Shown here: positions 1-34,519 of the stretch, in pieces
Layout: every line of letters starts with the position of its first letter
Numbering within the stretch: the first letter of the stretch is position 1
NCBI RefSeq assembly: GCF_032854445.1
Contig: NC_088300.1
Location: 74,640,302-74,704,301 of the forward strand
DNA length: 64,000 nucleotides
Direction: 5' to 3'
Source: Liolophura sinensis
Lineage: Eukaryota
Position numbers and translations under genes: made by a program
The notes under the pieces: model-generated
What the model saw: only the letters and a program-made list of their open reading frames with translations
Databases searched by the model: none
Told to the model about the DNA's origin: nothing

Positions 1-1094
1 TTAATTTGAAGGAGTCTCCCTATAACCCTGTTTTATCAACCCATATTCTGGTGATATCGTTGAAGATGTAGGAGTGGACACCTTCATGGTCATCAGTGTG
101 TATTCAACAATACGTAGCTTTCAAGTTGTCCAAAGTGGAAAGGAGTTGTTTAGGTCTGATATCATATGGTTCCATGTATTACTGTCACTTTAGTAACTTT
201 TCACTATTTGATAGTTTGATTTCTGTCTGTGTGTGCTGGTTGAGGGTTTACAACAATCTCCGGTGTTATTAAAGAAACTAATATATCTATTTAGGACCAG
301 TGGGTAGACATTTAATGTTAATCATACCACTTGAGTAACTGCAGGATTTCAGGGAGCTACATGTTAATTAACAATCAGTTGCTGGCATTATGAGCTATAG
401 ATGCGTGAACATGCCCATTTCCAGCACATGAGCATTTTTAATTGCACTTGTAACACATGTTTAATTGCACTTGTAGCACATGGTTAATTGCACTTCTAAC
501 ACATAGACTCACAACAGATAAAGTAGTCTTCCTGTGTGTTTTTATTCTCGGTGCATGTGCTTACCTTTGTACAATGAAATAAGTAAGTGTAGAAATATTT
601 TGATGAAGCTTAAAGATTATGGAAGTGAAACTGTGGGTGGATAATGCTGAAAAAATGAGTGTCTGCTGTAGGACGTGTTATGAGATGGTCTTGGCAGATC
701 TGTAGGATCATGTATAATTTGGACATGTACAGTTTGTATAGGCAGAAAAGCGACAAACACAGCCCACTTGATATCCCCTATTTCCACCACATCTAAACTG
801 GTTTTCAAATCATTTTAATCAATAATGAACTTACTGGAGACATTGACTAGAGATAAATAAAAAGATTTTGTGCCCGTCTCATTATCATTAATGCTTTGGC
901 TATATAGAGTTTAGATATTTGAACAACTTTTTTCTTGTTTTTGATATGTTTGTTTTCAGTATTAAATTATCTTGTCTTATTGGCGTGGTTAAGTCACTGT
1001 CAAATATTTCAACCTGTTTTGACTGCCTATGCACTTCTTCATAGTTACATTCAGCTGTATGATCAGTGGCTGCACTTTGCGTCTCTGTCCCCAG

Positions 1095-1198
1095 GTGGAG
1101 CGGGTGGTAAAGGAGTATGGGGAACGCCAGGTATAGAAATGTTTGAAGATGGCCAGTGCAGAGATTCTGGTGATCCCAACTACGACTCTGAAAGTGAG
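1095..1198 (+). CDS. PDCD4: PDCD4 exon (…[35 protein letters not shown])
   Basis: Acceptor ccag|GT, donor GAG|gtgaga. Matches the human [15 protein letters not shown]…DPNYDDD region. Confidence 0.85.
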
Positions 1199-4100
1199 GT
1201 GAGAGCCCAGAAAAGCTGTATATCCCTCTGTTGTCAAGGGGATCTTGTAGTGTCTCAAAACTTTGTACAATGATTTTAATACCTGTAAGTTGACTTGGTG
1301 CTGCGTTATCCCCAACTTACATGTATGTCATTTCTGCTTTTGTTCAGTTCTTTGCATCTTCAGAATGTACTTGGCATTAGGCTGCTTATTAATATTAGTG
1401 CACTGATTTTGGCAGTTAAATTACATAACGATAACTGTTCAATGCTGTTGATATGATATAGGTACCTCTTGCGTAAGTCTAGAATTATAGCTTTCTGTCT
1501 GCCTTCTCAAATGGCTTTGTGGGCCTGTGAGATACATGTATTGTTTTCTCTTAATGGTTTAAGTATATTTACATGCACAATTAATTCAGACAATTTTCTG
1601 CTGAGAGAATTTCAGTTAATGGCATGTGCACTTTGAGGATGACAAAGTAAAAAAAAAAAAGAACAAATGTTTTGACCTGGTTTACTCGAGGTTATGATTG
1701 TGCAATTGAAATATGAAAATCTCAAGGTTACGTACCAGCATATATGTATAGGACTCCTTAATGCTTAAAAAAAAGATTCAAAACAAGAAAAAAAAGCACC
1801 TCGCCAAGTTTATAGGTTTATAGTAAAGAAGACTTCTCCAGATATGAGCCCCCTGCTGTGCTACAAAAGTTGAAATCAAGAGTGTTGAGCTAAAACTGAT
1901 ACATACATGTATATGGGGCATGTTTACAGTTAAACTTGGAGCTAGTGGGACTAGAGGTCGTGACTTCCCAGGATATAGATATGAGATATGAGGCCAAGTT
2001 TCTTCCTTTATCATTATCACTGTCAATGTCCTGTACACAACCTGAGCAAGTAGTGAGGATCTGTGTACTTGTATGTCTTCTCCTGTCATAATTGAAGACA
2101 ACTGTTTTGTCTTTATGGCTGCTTGTAGATGACAGACTAGAGTATGAGGGCAACTAATTTGGGCTAGTCTGCATTCCTACATGACATTTCAATGATTGTT
2201 ATATATTTGATTGTGTAGCCTGAATGACTGTGTATAGAGGTAGATATGTCTTCCCCACATATGTAAGATATTAAGTTTTTCTTCTTCACCATGATTTTGT
2301 TCTTCTTAAATTTATTTGTGAATTTCTTTACTTGCACATTTGACTGAACTGGAGAAATTTAACCTGTTGTAAACCAGAATATGCCCTTGTATCTTCCCTT
2401 CATACGTGTACATACTGAACAATGTGAACTGCAGATAGAGTTGGCTTTGTTGTGAGCCACAGAAGGATCTAGCCGCACAAAACTGTGGATGAGGAAGATT
2501 TAACAACTGTAATGTATATGGGCCCTAGGTCAGAACTCATAGCTCTATTGATATTATTGATGACCCTTAACTGTGATAGGCATTTTTTTCTGTGTTCTAC
2601 ATGGAGGCTTCATATTCTCTTGAGATGCAGTGTACGTATAAATGTATGCACTGGTCCTGTGAACCAAGGGACATATGTACATATGTATGAGCGTAGTTTA
2701 ATTAACATATCCAATAAGTTGTCAGTGATGTCATTTGAACATCGGTGTAGGGTATATAATTCAAGCTACATGTGATATTCAGCATACTGGACGAATCTGT
2801 ACTTGAGATCAGCCCACCTGTGCTCAATCAATAAGGTTGGATGCTTGGCTCCTATCCAGGCATTTTCTGTTTACTAAACACCAAGCTGTCACTTTCTGGG
2901 CTGCCCAGTCACTGTTCAGACAATCTAGTTAGATTTGAACAGTGAATAGGTGTTTTGTGTGTTTCTAGGTCAACTCACATCCGGGGCCCTAGAGGTGCAA
3001 TGGCTTTATAATGTGGCAGTATTTGATGCAGCATGAACTAGGTCAAGCTGCCCAGAACTCATTAAATAGCTTTACCTGTTGACAGATCTGTTTTTAGTTA
3101 TTTGAAGTCTGCAATCAGTCTTACAGGGAGAGCTTGCAACACACTTAGATTATTTTTAGAACTTGATCTGAAACATTAAATGTGGACCTTAAGTGCTAAA
3201 ATCTGGTGTGAATTTCCTGTAGAGCTGTGGGTAAAATGTAATATTTGTTTAGGGTAACTCCATAGTGAACTCTGCCCTCTTGTTTGTGTTCCGTGTTTAT
3301 CTTAAATAGTGTATAGCATGTGTACTGTAAATTGCCAGTGAGGTGAATTTTGGATCAAGGCTTTGAGGAAGTAAGGAATGATAGACGTACACAGCACACA
3401 CACAAGCAGTGATAAAATAAAATTTCACTTCACTTAAAGATTTTATATTCTTGTGCTAGTGTCAACGTTTATTATAAGGTATTATGTGGTTGGTAATTAA
3501 AAGAGTAGATTTGTGGCTGGTCAGACACATAGATGTGTTGTTTGGACGACTTCTAACCCTGAACATCTGGGACCCTTGGCAAGGTGGACAAGCTTGGGAA
3601 AGCTCTGCAGTTTTGAACATTGTTATGTACATGTACCAGTATCTGACCAGATTCAATTTGCGCATTGGTCAACTAATACTCGAGACATCTGCTCTGATGT
3701 AGTAATGTGACTGTTGCATGTGAAACATCATTAATCAGCTGTGTGCAAACTGCTCAGCTGGGCAAACTGGCCAACTACGGAGTCTGGTGTTGTTCGCTGC
3801 AGATCAGATACTTTCAGTTGCTTCCAGACATGCTAGATGCTATGAGAAGCTTTGAGTGCTAAAACTTTCTTGAGTTCCACATTTGACATATTTTCAGGAT
3901 GAATATGTGGTTGAGTCCATTGAACCTCCAGTAACGGATGAGGAACTGAAGAGGGTTGTGGAACCTCTTCTGTTAGAGTATTTTGAGAATGGTGACAGCA
4001 GGGAAGTGGAGGTAAGCCTTTCATTATAAGGGCAAGATGGCAGTACTGTGTGATTCATGTATATAATAAATTTAAAATAAATTTATTGTTTTGTTTTTTT

Positions 4101-7100
4101 TTGTCAGATTTGCAAGTAAATCTACATTTATGTAGGTTGTACATGTTGGAATCTGTCTACTGGAAATACAAGTATATTGTCATCTGAGATAGTTCATTGT
4201 CACTGGATTATGTCTTAATACCCCTGACACATGTAAAATGTATATAGTGTCATTTTGTACTGCATGTATTTTGGTGATATTCTGATCTTTTAAGTTAATG
4301 CCTCACCAAATAAGGCAAAACGTACTCTACATGTTGATATGTCATTTAATTGTGCTCCTCATTTTGTTTGCATTTTAGGAAAACCTTCAAGGATTAAATC
4401 TTGGTCAGCTCAAGCCAAAGGTGACAGAGCTGGCTATTAATATGGCTCTAGACCGCAAAGCCACGCACAGGGAGCTTACGTCCCAACTCATCTCTGACCT
4501 GTATGGAAATACACTTCGCGGCAAAGATATCTCAAAGGGCTTCGACAGCGTTCTCACCAGTCTGTCTGATCTCACAATCGACACACCAGAAGCTCCCACA
4601 GTGAGTTCACTACTGATGATCAGATTCACAGTCAATTTGAATATCTTGTCAAGAGGCTACACAAAGCAAAAGGGGAAAAGATAGTTTGAGCCAAGACTTT
4701 TGTAAGAATTGAGAATATTTTATGTCATTGATTTTATCACTTGTGATAATACATAGCAAACTTTTCGCCTTTTGTAGAATTGTATTCCTCTTACAGTGTA
4801 GAATACCGACATATAGTTTTAGAACAGTTTGTACATGTTCCAAGGAGGTTTAGATGTTTGTCTTCAGATTGCTGAGACAGACATAATGGTTCAACCTGAA
4901 CCTCGGCCATAGGTGAAAATCTCTCGTACACATTGGTGAAGTTGGTCAGTTACCTGCCAAATGTTAGTGGTTTACTCAGGTTTCATACACCACACATGAA
5001 ACAAGTATATAAATCAACTGCATGTACATCCTAGCATACGCTGAATGCTGTGGTTACATTTTATAGTGATGATCTGAGCTTGTTGTTTGGGTTATAGGTT
5101 GTTGGCCAGTTCATTGCAAGAGCTGTTGCTGATGATTGTCTCCCTCCCAAATTTGTGTTGAGTTATAAAGGAAAAGTGGATTGTCCTCATGCAAGGTGAG
5201 AATATTGAAAACAATTATGTGATACATATGGGGTTTATTAATAGTCGATTAGCAGCTTCTTGCAGCCTGTTACTTCTGCTGAAAATTGAGCAGGTAGCTG
5301 TCTAGTTTGAACAAGGCCCATATTTTACTTGATTTATTCTGTCTGGTAACTGGCTACCTTTTCAGGACATCCTGTCGATCAAAAAGATTATGGAAGCCCT
5401 GGATACCAGGGACCCTGTCTGGCTGTGTGTAAGCTAGATGTGGTCTGTTATATGTGCATTCAACTATATACTCTTATGTTGAGGTTATGACGTGAAGCAA
5501 TGCTTTTAGTACCATGTTGGGGCCTCCGTGGCCGACGGGGGTTGCACGCCAGCACGGCGCAATGACCCAGGAGCCTTCCACCAATGCAGTAGCTGTACGT
5601 TCAAGTCCAGCTTATGCTGGCTTCCTCTCCAGCCGTGCGTGGGAAAGTCTGCTATCAACTTGCAGATGGTCGTGGATGGAAATAGAAGACATGGAAGAAG
5701 GCACTGCAAAATCGCTCTTTTTCACATTACTTATTAAGGCATATTTTACCATTTTATTTTTACACAGAATGTATCACTTGCAAGTGAAACCGTTTTAGTA
5801 CAGTAGTTGTTGATTACCATGGTTTTATTTTCATCCCTCTCCAGTAAAGCCCTGGACAAGGCAGATGTGTTGCTCAAAATGAAACATGGCATCGTGCGGC
5901 TGGACAATGTGTGGGGCACTGGTGGCGGGATCCGTCCTGTAAAATTCCTTATTAAGCAGGTAGTCACGCTTTTTAGCTTGAATATTTCTCCCCAAAAGCC
6001 AAAATCCTTCAGAAATGACACATATTGATGTGTCTTATTGTTTTTGCCTCTAATCCCCATATCCTCCCAAAATGTTAAAATATGTGTTTAAAGTTTTTAA
6101 ATATGCAGATTTCTTCTTTTGCAATACATCTTACTTAACACCCGAATCAGCCGGTAATGAAGCAGGAAAGCACCTCTGTCAGCCATGAGTATTGACCAGT
6201 AAAGAATGGGTGTTTACTTTCCAGATGAAGTTGTTACTGAAGGAGTATCTGTCATCTGGTGACTTAGAGGAGGCTGCCAGGTGCCTGAGGGAGCTTGAAG
6301 TGCCACACTTCCACCATGAACTAGTCTATGAGGTAATCCCAGCTGCTGTATTCCCACTTACAATGAAAGCTTTTGTAAAATTTACTTACCTTGTTATTCT
6401 TAGTTAAGTGTTTCTGTGAATGAATGTGCATGTATTTGGGGTTAATGTGCCATCAGTCATACACGCCTTCAATTTAAGTTTAATATGACAAGCTCTTCCT
6501 CTTAGGCTTCAAAAGGGTCTTTATAATGCTGGCCACTGTCATATCAGTGAAATGTTCTTGAGTACAACGTGAAACTAAAAAAAAATAAATAAATCTTAAC
6601 AGTCAGTAAACTGGTTGAAACTAAGAGGATGTCCTTTATATTCGACTCAGACAGCTTGAAGACAAACTGGCTGAATGTTAATATAAGATCATTTAATGCA
6701 GAAAAAGTATGTGTGTAGATGTATTGTAGTGGCTTTTTAGATTGACAACCATGTGTGGGGACATTTCTATTCATAGGGTGCTATTAATGTATGTTTATAG
6801 CCCAACCTCTGGAGTCTCTTTTTTTGATAGAGGGGGAGGGATACCAACTAGTCAGATCACTAGTTTATTTTAAAAGTACTGCTACACTTAGGGTCAGACA
6901 AATGTATCCATTGTACATATGAGTATAGGGCACTGAGAACAGCCTTCAACACTTGTGGAAAATAAATCATTATGACAATGTTGCCTGTTTATGTGGAAAA
7001 GCTTGGTGCTATTTTGAATTTGCCCTTCATTTACCTAAAATGATATGTATATAATACGACAGCTTAAACAAAATGCTTTGTGTATGTCTGTGTATGTACA

Positions 7101-8500
7101 CTGCAGTTAAAGGTTTATGCATTTGTACATGTGACTCCTATTCAGCAGTGTGTTCATACAGGTTAAACCTACAGATCATGAATTCGAAGCTGCAATGTTG
7201 CTGCATACATGATTATGTATTAAATATTCTGATGTATGCCTTTCCCTCAGGCTGTCGTCATGGTGATAGAGGATTCCTCTGAGAGGGTGGCCAATATGAT
7301 GAGCAAACTGCTGAAACTGTTCTGTGATTCTGTTCTTATTACTGTTGACCAAATGGCTCAGGTGAGAATTCTGCCCACTTCGCACAGTTCAACATTCATT
7401 GACCTTTCTCACACCTATCCTACATTTCTGCTTGTTGGCAGAAAGTAAAATATTTAACAGGAAAATTTAGAAGAGGCATTATTGCATTTTGCTTAATTTG
7501 ATACGAAATTAAATGGCTTCATGGATACTATTGAACAATAGTATTGACAGAGAACACTGTGTATATATATGTATACTTAAATGCTGCAGATGGTTGTGGG
7601 TTTAGCTTGGTTTCATCCCAACATAATGCTGACTGCCGTCGTGTAAGTGAAATATTCCTTAGTACGATAGAAAATACTGGTGAAATAAATGAATAAGCAT
7701 TTATTTAAACATAAAAGTTTTAAGTTTGAAAGTCTGATGGGAAGCTGTTGATGCGTAAAAATAATAATGTAACCTTTTCTAGATATTCAACGTGATAAAT
7801 TATCGTGAAGACAATGGAAAAACAAATCCATTCTGTTTTTGCTATTTTTAGGGAATGCGTCGTGTGTTTGAGGAAATGCCTGAAATCAGTATTGATGTGC
7901 CAGCTGCCTATATATTGCTGGAGAAGTTTTGTAATGTTCTCCTGAGAGAAAAAGTGATTACTGAAGCCCTGGTGAAGGAAATACCACAGAGGTGGGCATT
8001 AGATCATAATAATGATCCTATTCAAAGCTCTGTAGACTTGTTGGACATTTTCATTGTGAAGTGTATTTGCTTTGTGCGGCGAAGGTGTGCCCAGTTTCCT
8101 CCCACCATAATGCTGGCTGCCGCCGTCATATAAGGGAAATATTCTTGAGAACAGTGTAAAACACCAATCAAATAAATAAATGTTTACTTTGAATAGCTGT
8201 CTTGAGAAGCTTTACTTTTTTCATTTGGAACATGAATTTGCTAAAAGAACTTAATTTTGTTTTGTGCTCATTTTAGGTTTAATTCAGAACAGTTTGAGCT
8301 GTGTAGTGTACCAAGAGCTGGGAAGTGTAGCATATCAACCAAGGAATATACATCTTTTTAAATTTTCTCAGATTCTGTCCATACCAAGCAATGCCAGAGT
8401 TATTGGAGCTTAATAGATTATTATGCTTTTGTATTGTAGGGGCCGAAAGCGTTTTGTGTCTGAGGGTGATGGGGGCCGAATTAAGGAAAGTACTTACTAA
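1095..8500 (+). CDS. PDCD4: Programmed cell death protein 4 (PDCD4) orthologue, 3' portion of the gene (9 exons in window; N-terminal exons upstream or not identified)
   Basis: The spliced exons translate to the [13 protein letters not shown] motif, both MA3 domains ([24 protein letters not shown]; [18 protein letters not shown]; [31 protein letters not shown]) and the C-terminus [20 protein letters not shown], nearly identical to the human PDCD4 C-terminus. Every exon is bounded by AG/GT and the reading phases are consistent across junctions. Confidence 0.9.
3898..4011 (+). CDS. PDCD4: PDCD4 exon ([38 protein letters not shown])
   Basis: Acceptor ttttcag|, donor |gtaagc, entered and left in phase 0. 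Start of the first MA3 domain. Confidence 0.85.
4379..4600 (+). CDS. PDCD4: PDCD4 exon ([74 protein letters not shown])
   Basis: Acceptor cattttag|, donor ACA|gtgagt. Strong similarity to human LAVSLALEGKASHREMTSKLLSDL…DTPRAP. Confidence 0.88.
5098..5195 (+). CDS. PDCD4: PDCD4 exon ([32 protein letters not shown]-)
   Basis: Acceptor gttatag|, donor AG|gtgaga. Matches human [15 protein letters not shown]. Confidence 0.85.
5518..5680 (+). mobile_element. SINE copy (5' tRNA-like part and middle) in a PDCD4 intron
   Basis: GGGGCCTCCGTGGCCGACGGGGGTTGCACGCCAGCACGGCGCAATGACCCAGGAGCC…GTTCAAGTCCAGCTTATGCTGGCTTCCTCTCC. Confidence 0.75.
5845..5959 (+). CDS. PDCD4: PDCD4 exon ([39 protein letters not shown])
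   Basis: Acceptor ctccag|, donor CAG|gtagtc. Human ALDKATVLL…SVWGSGGG. Confidence 0.85.
6225..6332 (+). CDS. PDCD4: PDCD4 exon ([36 protein letters not shown])
   Basis: Acceptor ttccag|, donor |gtaatc. Near-identical to human [36 protein letters not shown]. Confidence 0.9.
7251..7361 (+). CDS. PDCD4: PDCD4 exon ([37 protein letters not shown])
   Basis: Acceptor ccctcag|, donor |gtgaga. Second MA3 domain. Confidence 0.85.
7585..7706 (+). mobile_element. SINE 3' fragment in a PDCD4 intron
   Basis: …GGTTTCATCCCAACATAATGCTGACTGCCGTCGTGTAAGTGAAATATTCCTTAGTACG…AAATAAATGAATAA. Confidence 0.7.
7852..7991 (+). CDS. PDCD4: PDCD4 exon ([46 protein letters not shown]-)
   Basis: Acceptor tttttag|, donor AG|gtgggc. 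Human MKRGYERIYNEIPDINLDVPHSYSVLERFVEEC. Confidence 0.85.
8084..8183 (+). mobile_element. SINE 3' fragment in the last PDCD4 intron
   Basis: GTTTCCTCCCACCATAATGCTGGCTGCCGCCGTCATATAAGGGAAATATTCTTGAG…ACACCAATCAAATAAATAAAT. Confidence 0.7.
8440..8500 (+). CDS. PDCD4: PDCD4 terminal exon ([20 protein letters not shown])
   Basis: Acceptor ttgtag|. The C-terminus matches human [22 protein letters not shown]. Stop TAA at 8498-8500. Confidence 0.88.
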
Positions 8501-11500
8501 GCAACTCCATCGCAGAGCTAACAAGTTCAACCTGATGTACACTCAGTGTGAAGAGACATTCCTCCATGCAGTCAACTTTGATAATCTTTCATTATTGTTC
8601 AGTTATTTTTACTCTTGATACAGATGTGTAAAGAAATTGACATTTTGCAGGATTCAACAGTGTTGGTAAATCAATTGAATTCTGAACAGTTGTTCTATTT
8701 CTGACAAGGATAGTTCTTACCTGTATGCCATCAGTAGTATTTTCATACTTTGAATTACATTTTGATGTGATCAGGAGAATTTAGCATGGTGACAGACATA
8801 AAAAGGATTTCTAACAATTTAACAGTAATTTCAACTTCATAAAAAAAATATATCCATGTCATTTGTCAGTCGGTTATTTTTTTGTTAGTCTTATTTCGAC
8901 AATATATCCAACCAGTTGTCATGAGAAATGGTGCATGTATTTTACTTGTTAACTTTAGAACACATGTATTGGATTAGTTCATATCTGAAAACATCTTTTT
9001 GTGATTATTATTGATGATCTTTCTCGTGGTCCTACTCTTTCAAAATATTTCTCTGAAATTCTTTTTTTTTATTGCTTTTAGGATACTAAGCTTTAACTTT
9101 AACTAGGTCAACAGGATTTGAGCTCTGTTGTTCAGAGACTAACTTACCAAGGAAATACCAGTGTTACTCATTGCTCTTAACTAGAAAATGTTTGTGGAGC
9201 TCCTGCTGTTTCTTTCACTGTAGTGATGTGTTGTTTAAATGCTGTGGGTTACTGAATTATTAGTTGTTTGGGAGATTAGAAAATGGTAAACCTTTCCCCT
9301 TTTGATCTCACATGCAAGGTAAATGCCTTATTATATCTGCAATATCCTATCCAGTGCGTTCACAGACAACTGTCTGGTAACAGAAGCACTAATAAAATTT
9401 TTCTTTATTTTCTTGTGGGCATTACTAGTTTTGGTTCTTGATAGCATTGCTGTTAATGTCAAAGCCTCTATAGCAGATTTGTTCAGAAATTGTTTTTCAG
9501 TTTTGTTATGATGACTGTCAACTGGTGGTCTGTTTGTTTGTGTGAAGTTTGATATTAGAGTCTTCTGATATGTGTATTTAGTGCATGACATGCACAATGT
9601 AAAAAGAACAGCTGTTTTGAAGCTGGTCATTTATCCTTATTCTTCACCATATATTACCTATCATCCCGGTAATTAATATCTTTGCTGTGGTTGTGTTGAG
9701 GTGTAAGTGGTAGTGCTATCAAGGATAACTGAGACTTAGCATAATCCATCAGGGTCCAGCTGTTTATATTGTTACAGGTGATTTATATCTTAGCCTTGTA
9801 CAAACTACATGTAGATGATATACTGATACACTATGTATACTCTAAGCGTTACATTTTAGCTTGCATTTATCTTTGATCTATTTGGTTTTCATTTTAGTGT
9901 TGGAGTGGAGAATCACATTGAGAGTATGTGTATGATGGATGATTCAAAGGAATTGATGCAATGGTCTGTTCATACGAATGAAATTCGTCCAGAACCAAAA
10001 CATGGTAGTGCTTATCTCTTTATCCCCCCCTCAAATGTGTTTGTGGAAATTGTCACAGATCCATGTCCTAGAATGGAAAGAGTTTATTTTTCAGGGATAT
10101 TTTCATGATGGGGATATAGAGAATTTTGGAGAGAAAATGGCATGAAAATTATTGCTTGATGCATTGAACGTGCTTGTTTCTGTTTATATTTTTGTGAGAT
10201 AAATAAAACACAGCTCATTTCCCATAAATTTGTCAAATGTGTTTGGTTCACTACATCATGTATAAACATATTAACCCTGGAGCTCAAAATTTACCTGCTG
10301 TAGGCTAAGTCTGGGACCAGTTGTTAATAATTATATTAACATTTAAATTAAGTATTAACTTTAGTCTTTACTGAAGTGTCATTGGTTTTGTATTAAACCA
10401 AGAGTGGTATTAAAATTTAAACCTCACTTAACTTTTAATACACTTTTAAACAGCCGGCCCCAGGGTTTGTTTATCAAGACTTAACCAGATTTTTTCAACC
10501 TTATCAACCGAATGTGCAACCAATATTTTGAAACACTGTGACTATGGGATGTAAAGGAATAATGTTCACAATTTTGGAAAGCTTGCGTCATTTATGACAA
10601 ATCATTTCTAGCACCATTTTCATAATTGTATGCATAAATTGTGCTGCAAAAAGTGCTTTATAGGTTCAAAAGGTTAAGATTTACAGTGTCATAAATTGCA
10701 AGTGTGTAAAAGAAAAAAAAAGAGAAAAGGAAATGAAATTGTTGCTTAATATTTCCACAGTAAAGACAGTGTAGAAATTTTAATCTTCCTGAAGAACAAC
10801 ATTTTAATTGTAGCTGTGTTTGAATTTTTGACTTAAGTCTCTGAGACACATGATAAACATTGTTCCCAGAGGTTCGAAAATGTATATAATCCTGGTCTGG
10901 TTTTAAGTTCTATTGGCAATGCATCGGTCTTCAGATTCAAATCCAGCTTAAGGTTTTGGTTCACGTTTGAACAACCTACTAAAGTCTTGGAAGCTTGATT
11001 GTCCGAGTTATGAAATGATCTATTAAGAGTAGGGTCAGTTACCATAATCCTTGCTGGGATATATTGTAGATGCATGGTAGCAGACTTAATTTGGATTACT
11101 ACAGTCTAACATTGGTCATTAACATTGTGCTCAAATCATCGACACCTGTATAAGTGGGATTTATACTAATATGCATGTCGTTGCAAGAAAGTATTTATCT
11201 CAAGATTTTAAGACCCACAAGCTATAAAAATGAATCTGAAAACACCTGCATCACCAATGTTACGCCTAGAAGATCTTCTTCAATGGAACAATCCAGTGGT
11301 ATTGGCTAATGGTGTAAATGCTTCCCCCCAACTCCTTGGTTTGTCTAAAAAGTGAATCTGAAGTAAATATCTACATAAATATTTGTGATGAAATTGTTTG
11401 TAAATGCTGCACAGAGCACATATAGTTGTATTGAAAGGATTTTTGGGTGACGCAAGTTGCTGCATAAAAGCATATACATGTATAGTTGTATTGAAGTAAT

Positions 11501-12906
11501 ACCGATATTGGTTCAGAGAAAGGCCGGATACAATTATGCATGGAATGCTCACCTTTGCTGTCCACCTCTCCTCACTTTAAAACTATCAGATGCCAAGAGG
11601 TTTTGTTTTTCAAACAAATCGGAATATATCCCCACAGAATTCTTGATAAATTCATTTTAAAACCAAAGAGGTCGTTGAGGAATAAAAGGCAGGCTAAAAA
11701 ATTCATATAGGTATCTCCAATACCAGTCATTTGGAAAATTTTCTGCCCGAGTCAAGTATCAGTAGACTACCACAATGCCACCAGCTGTTTTGTTCACGTG
11801 AGGATTCTTGGATGGAAGACAGAACGAAGTCGTGGAATGCTGAAGCAAAGCAATCGAATGATTGAACAAAGCTGTGGAACAACTGATGGAATGAAGTGGT
11901 GGAACGATGCAAGAAAGTGATGACGCAATACTGTGAAATGATCGAGTCATGCCAGTGTTCCATGACTTTGCCCTATTGTGTCATTGCTAGCATTGTTCTA
12001 TTACTTTGCAGTACCGTGTCATCGCTTCACAGTATTGTTTTGATTGGCCCCGATGACTCGGTAGAGTGTCCGCTTTTGGGGGCGGTCAGGGTGAATCTTG
12101 GGTCACAGCTAAGACCTTAACACTGGAAGTTGTAGCTTCTTTACTTGACGCTCAAAATTAAGGGTATGGCGCAATGACTGGTTTACCCGTATCAGTATAA
12201 TGGCTCGGGTGGGGCAGCTTACTTGCCTTCGGTAAGATGTCTCAGAAAAGCAGCACTAGATAAAAGAGCGGTGGAAATCCGTCTTGCAACAAGGAGGCAC
12301 ATTACACATACATGTGCTCTAAGGACTCCTTCGTCGTCGTATAACTGATAAATTAAGTACGACATTAAACAATCAGAACTCACTCCGTATCGCTTTATTC
12401 AATAACTTCATTCTGTCAAATCAGTCCATCACTTTGCAATATTGTGCCATTGCTTCTGACTGCTACGCCATTGCTTCGTCCCATTGTATGGCAATGGAAC
12501 AACTTTATTAGTTTTGATTAAATGACATGCAGTCAAACTCAGATGCAACTCAAACTGGATTATGCTGCTGAGACTGAGAGGTAACTTCGAATGCCTATTC
12601 TAAAAGACGGATCAGAAGCTAGAGACCACGTGATCTCCTTAGTAACAAACGGCGTAGGTGAAGAAAACTGTTCTCCCGACATCATTGCATGGGAAAATGC
12701 CTATTTTTGAATCGCTGTCAGCGATCTTGTTTCCATTGGATTTATATAATTGTCAGCTTTCCAGATAGTCTGAGTGTTTTTGCAGAGCTTTCGTGGAGTT
12801 ATTTTGTACATCTAGGCCTTACTGGTCGCTAGTGAATTGGCAAAAAGTGACCTTTTTCTCAATGCTTTAACATTTGTCGGCCATTTTGCTTTAGACGCGA
12901 AAGGAT

Positions 12907-12918
12907 GGTCACGTGACC
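12907..12918. promoter_or_regulatory. Perfect 12-bp palindromic E-box GGTCACGTGACC (bHLH-ZIP / CLEAR-type GTCACGTGAC core) ~360 bp upstream of the HSPA9 start codon
   Basis: Seen directly in the sequence. A second CACGTG lies at 13210-13215 and a TGACGCAA (C/EBP-ATF-like) motif at ~13183, between this site and the ATG at 13277. Confidence 0.4.
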
Positions 12919-13276
12919 GGCAACTTCCGACCCGTTTTAGTCTCTGCACCTGTGCTGAAACCCTTTGTCGGCTTCCACAGCTAATGTCTTCGAATGTTAT
13001 GTTAGCAGCGCCTACAAATACTCTTGTGCTGAAAGTTGTTTTCAAATTCACCGTCATTTTCGGTGTAGATCACCTCTAAGTATCGCACTTACACCCATAC
13101 GAGTCCAAATCATTAGAACTAAGGGAGGTAACTGTATTTTACTTTTTTTCTCTGAGGATGGCGCTGCGCACAGTTTTCTGACGCAAGCGCAGATTGACAG
13201 TGTTCACCACACGTGCGAGGGGCTCACGCAGGCTGAGGGAATTCAGTTTTTAGGAAGAAGAGTAGAGTATTTGAAA

Positions 13277-34519
<21,243 letters not shown>

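Noticed and set aside
11727-12500. Locally repetitive patches (cattgc/caatg-rich; ORFs 11727..11963 '-' and 11896..12120 '+')
   Set aside because: Low-complexity and short direct repeats without protein similarity or splice structure. Likely decayed repeat.
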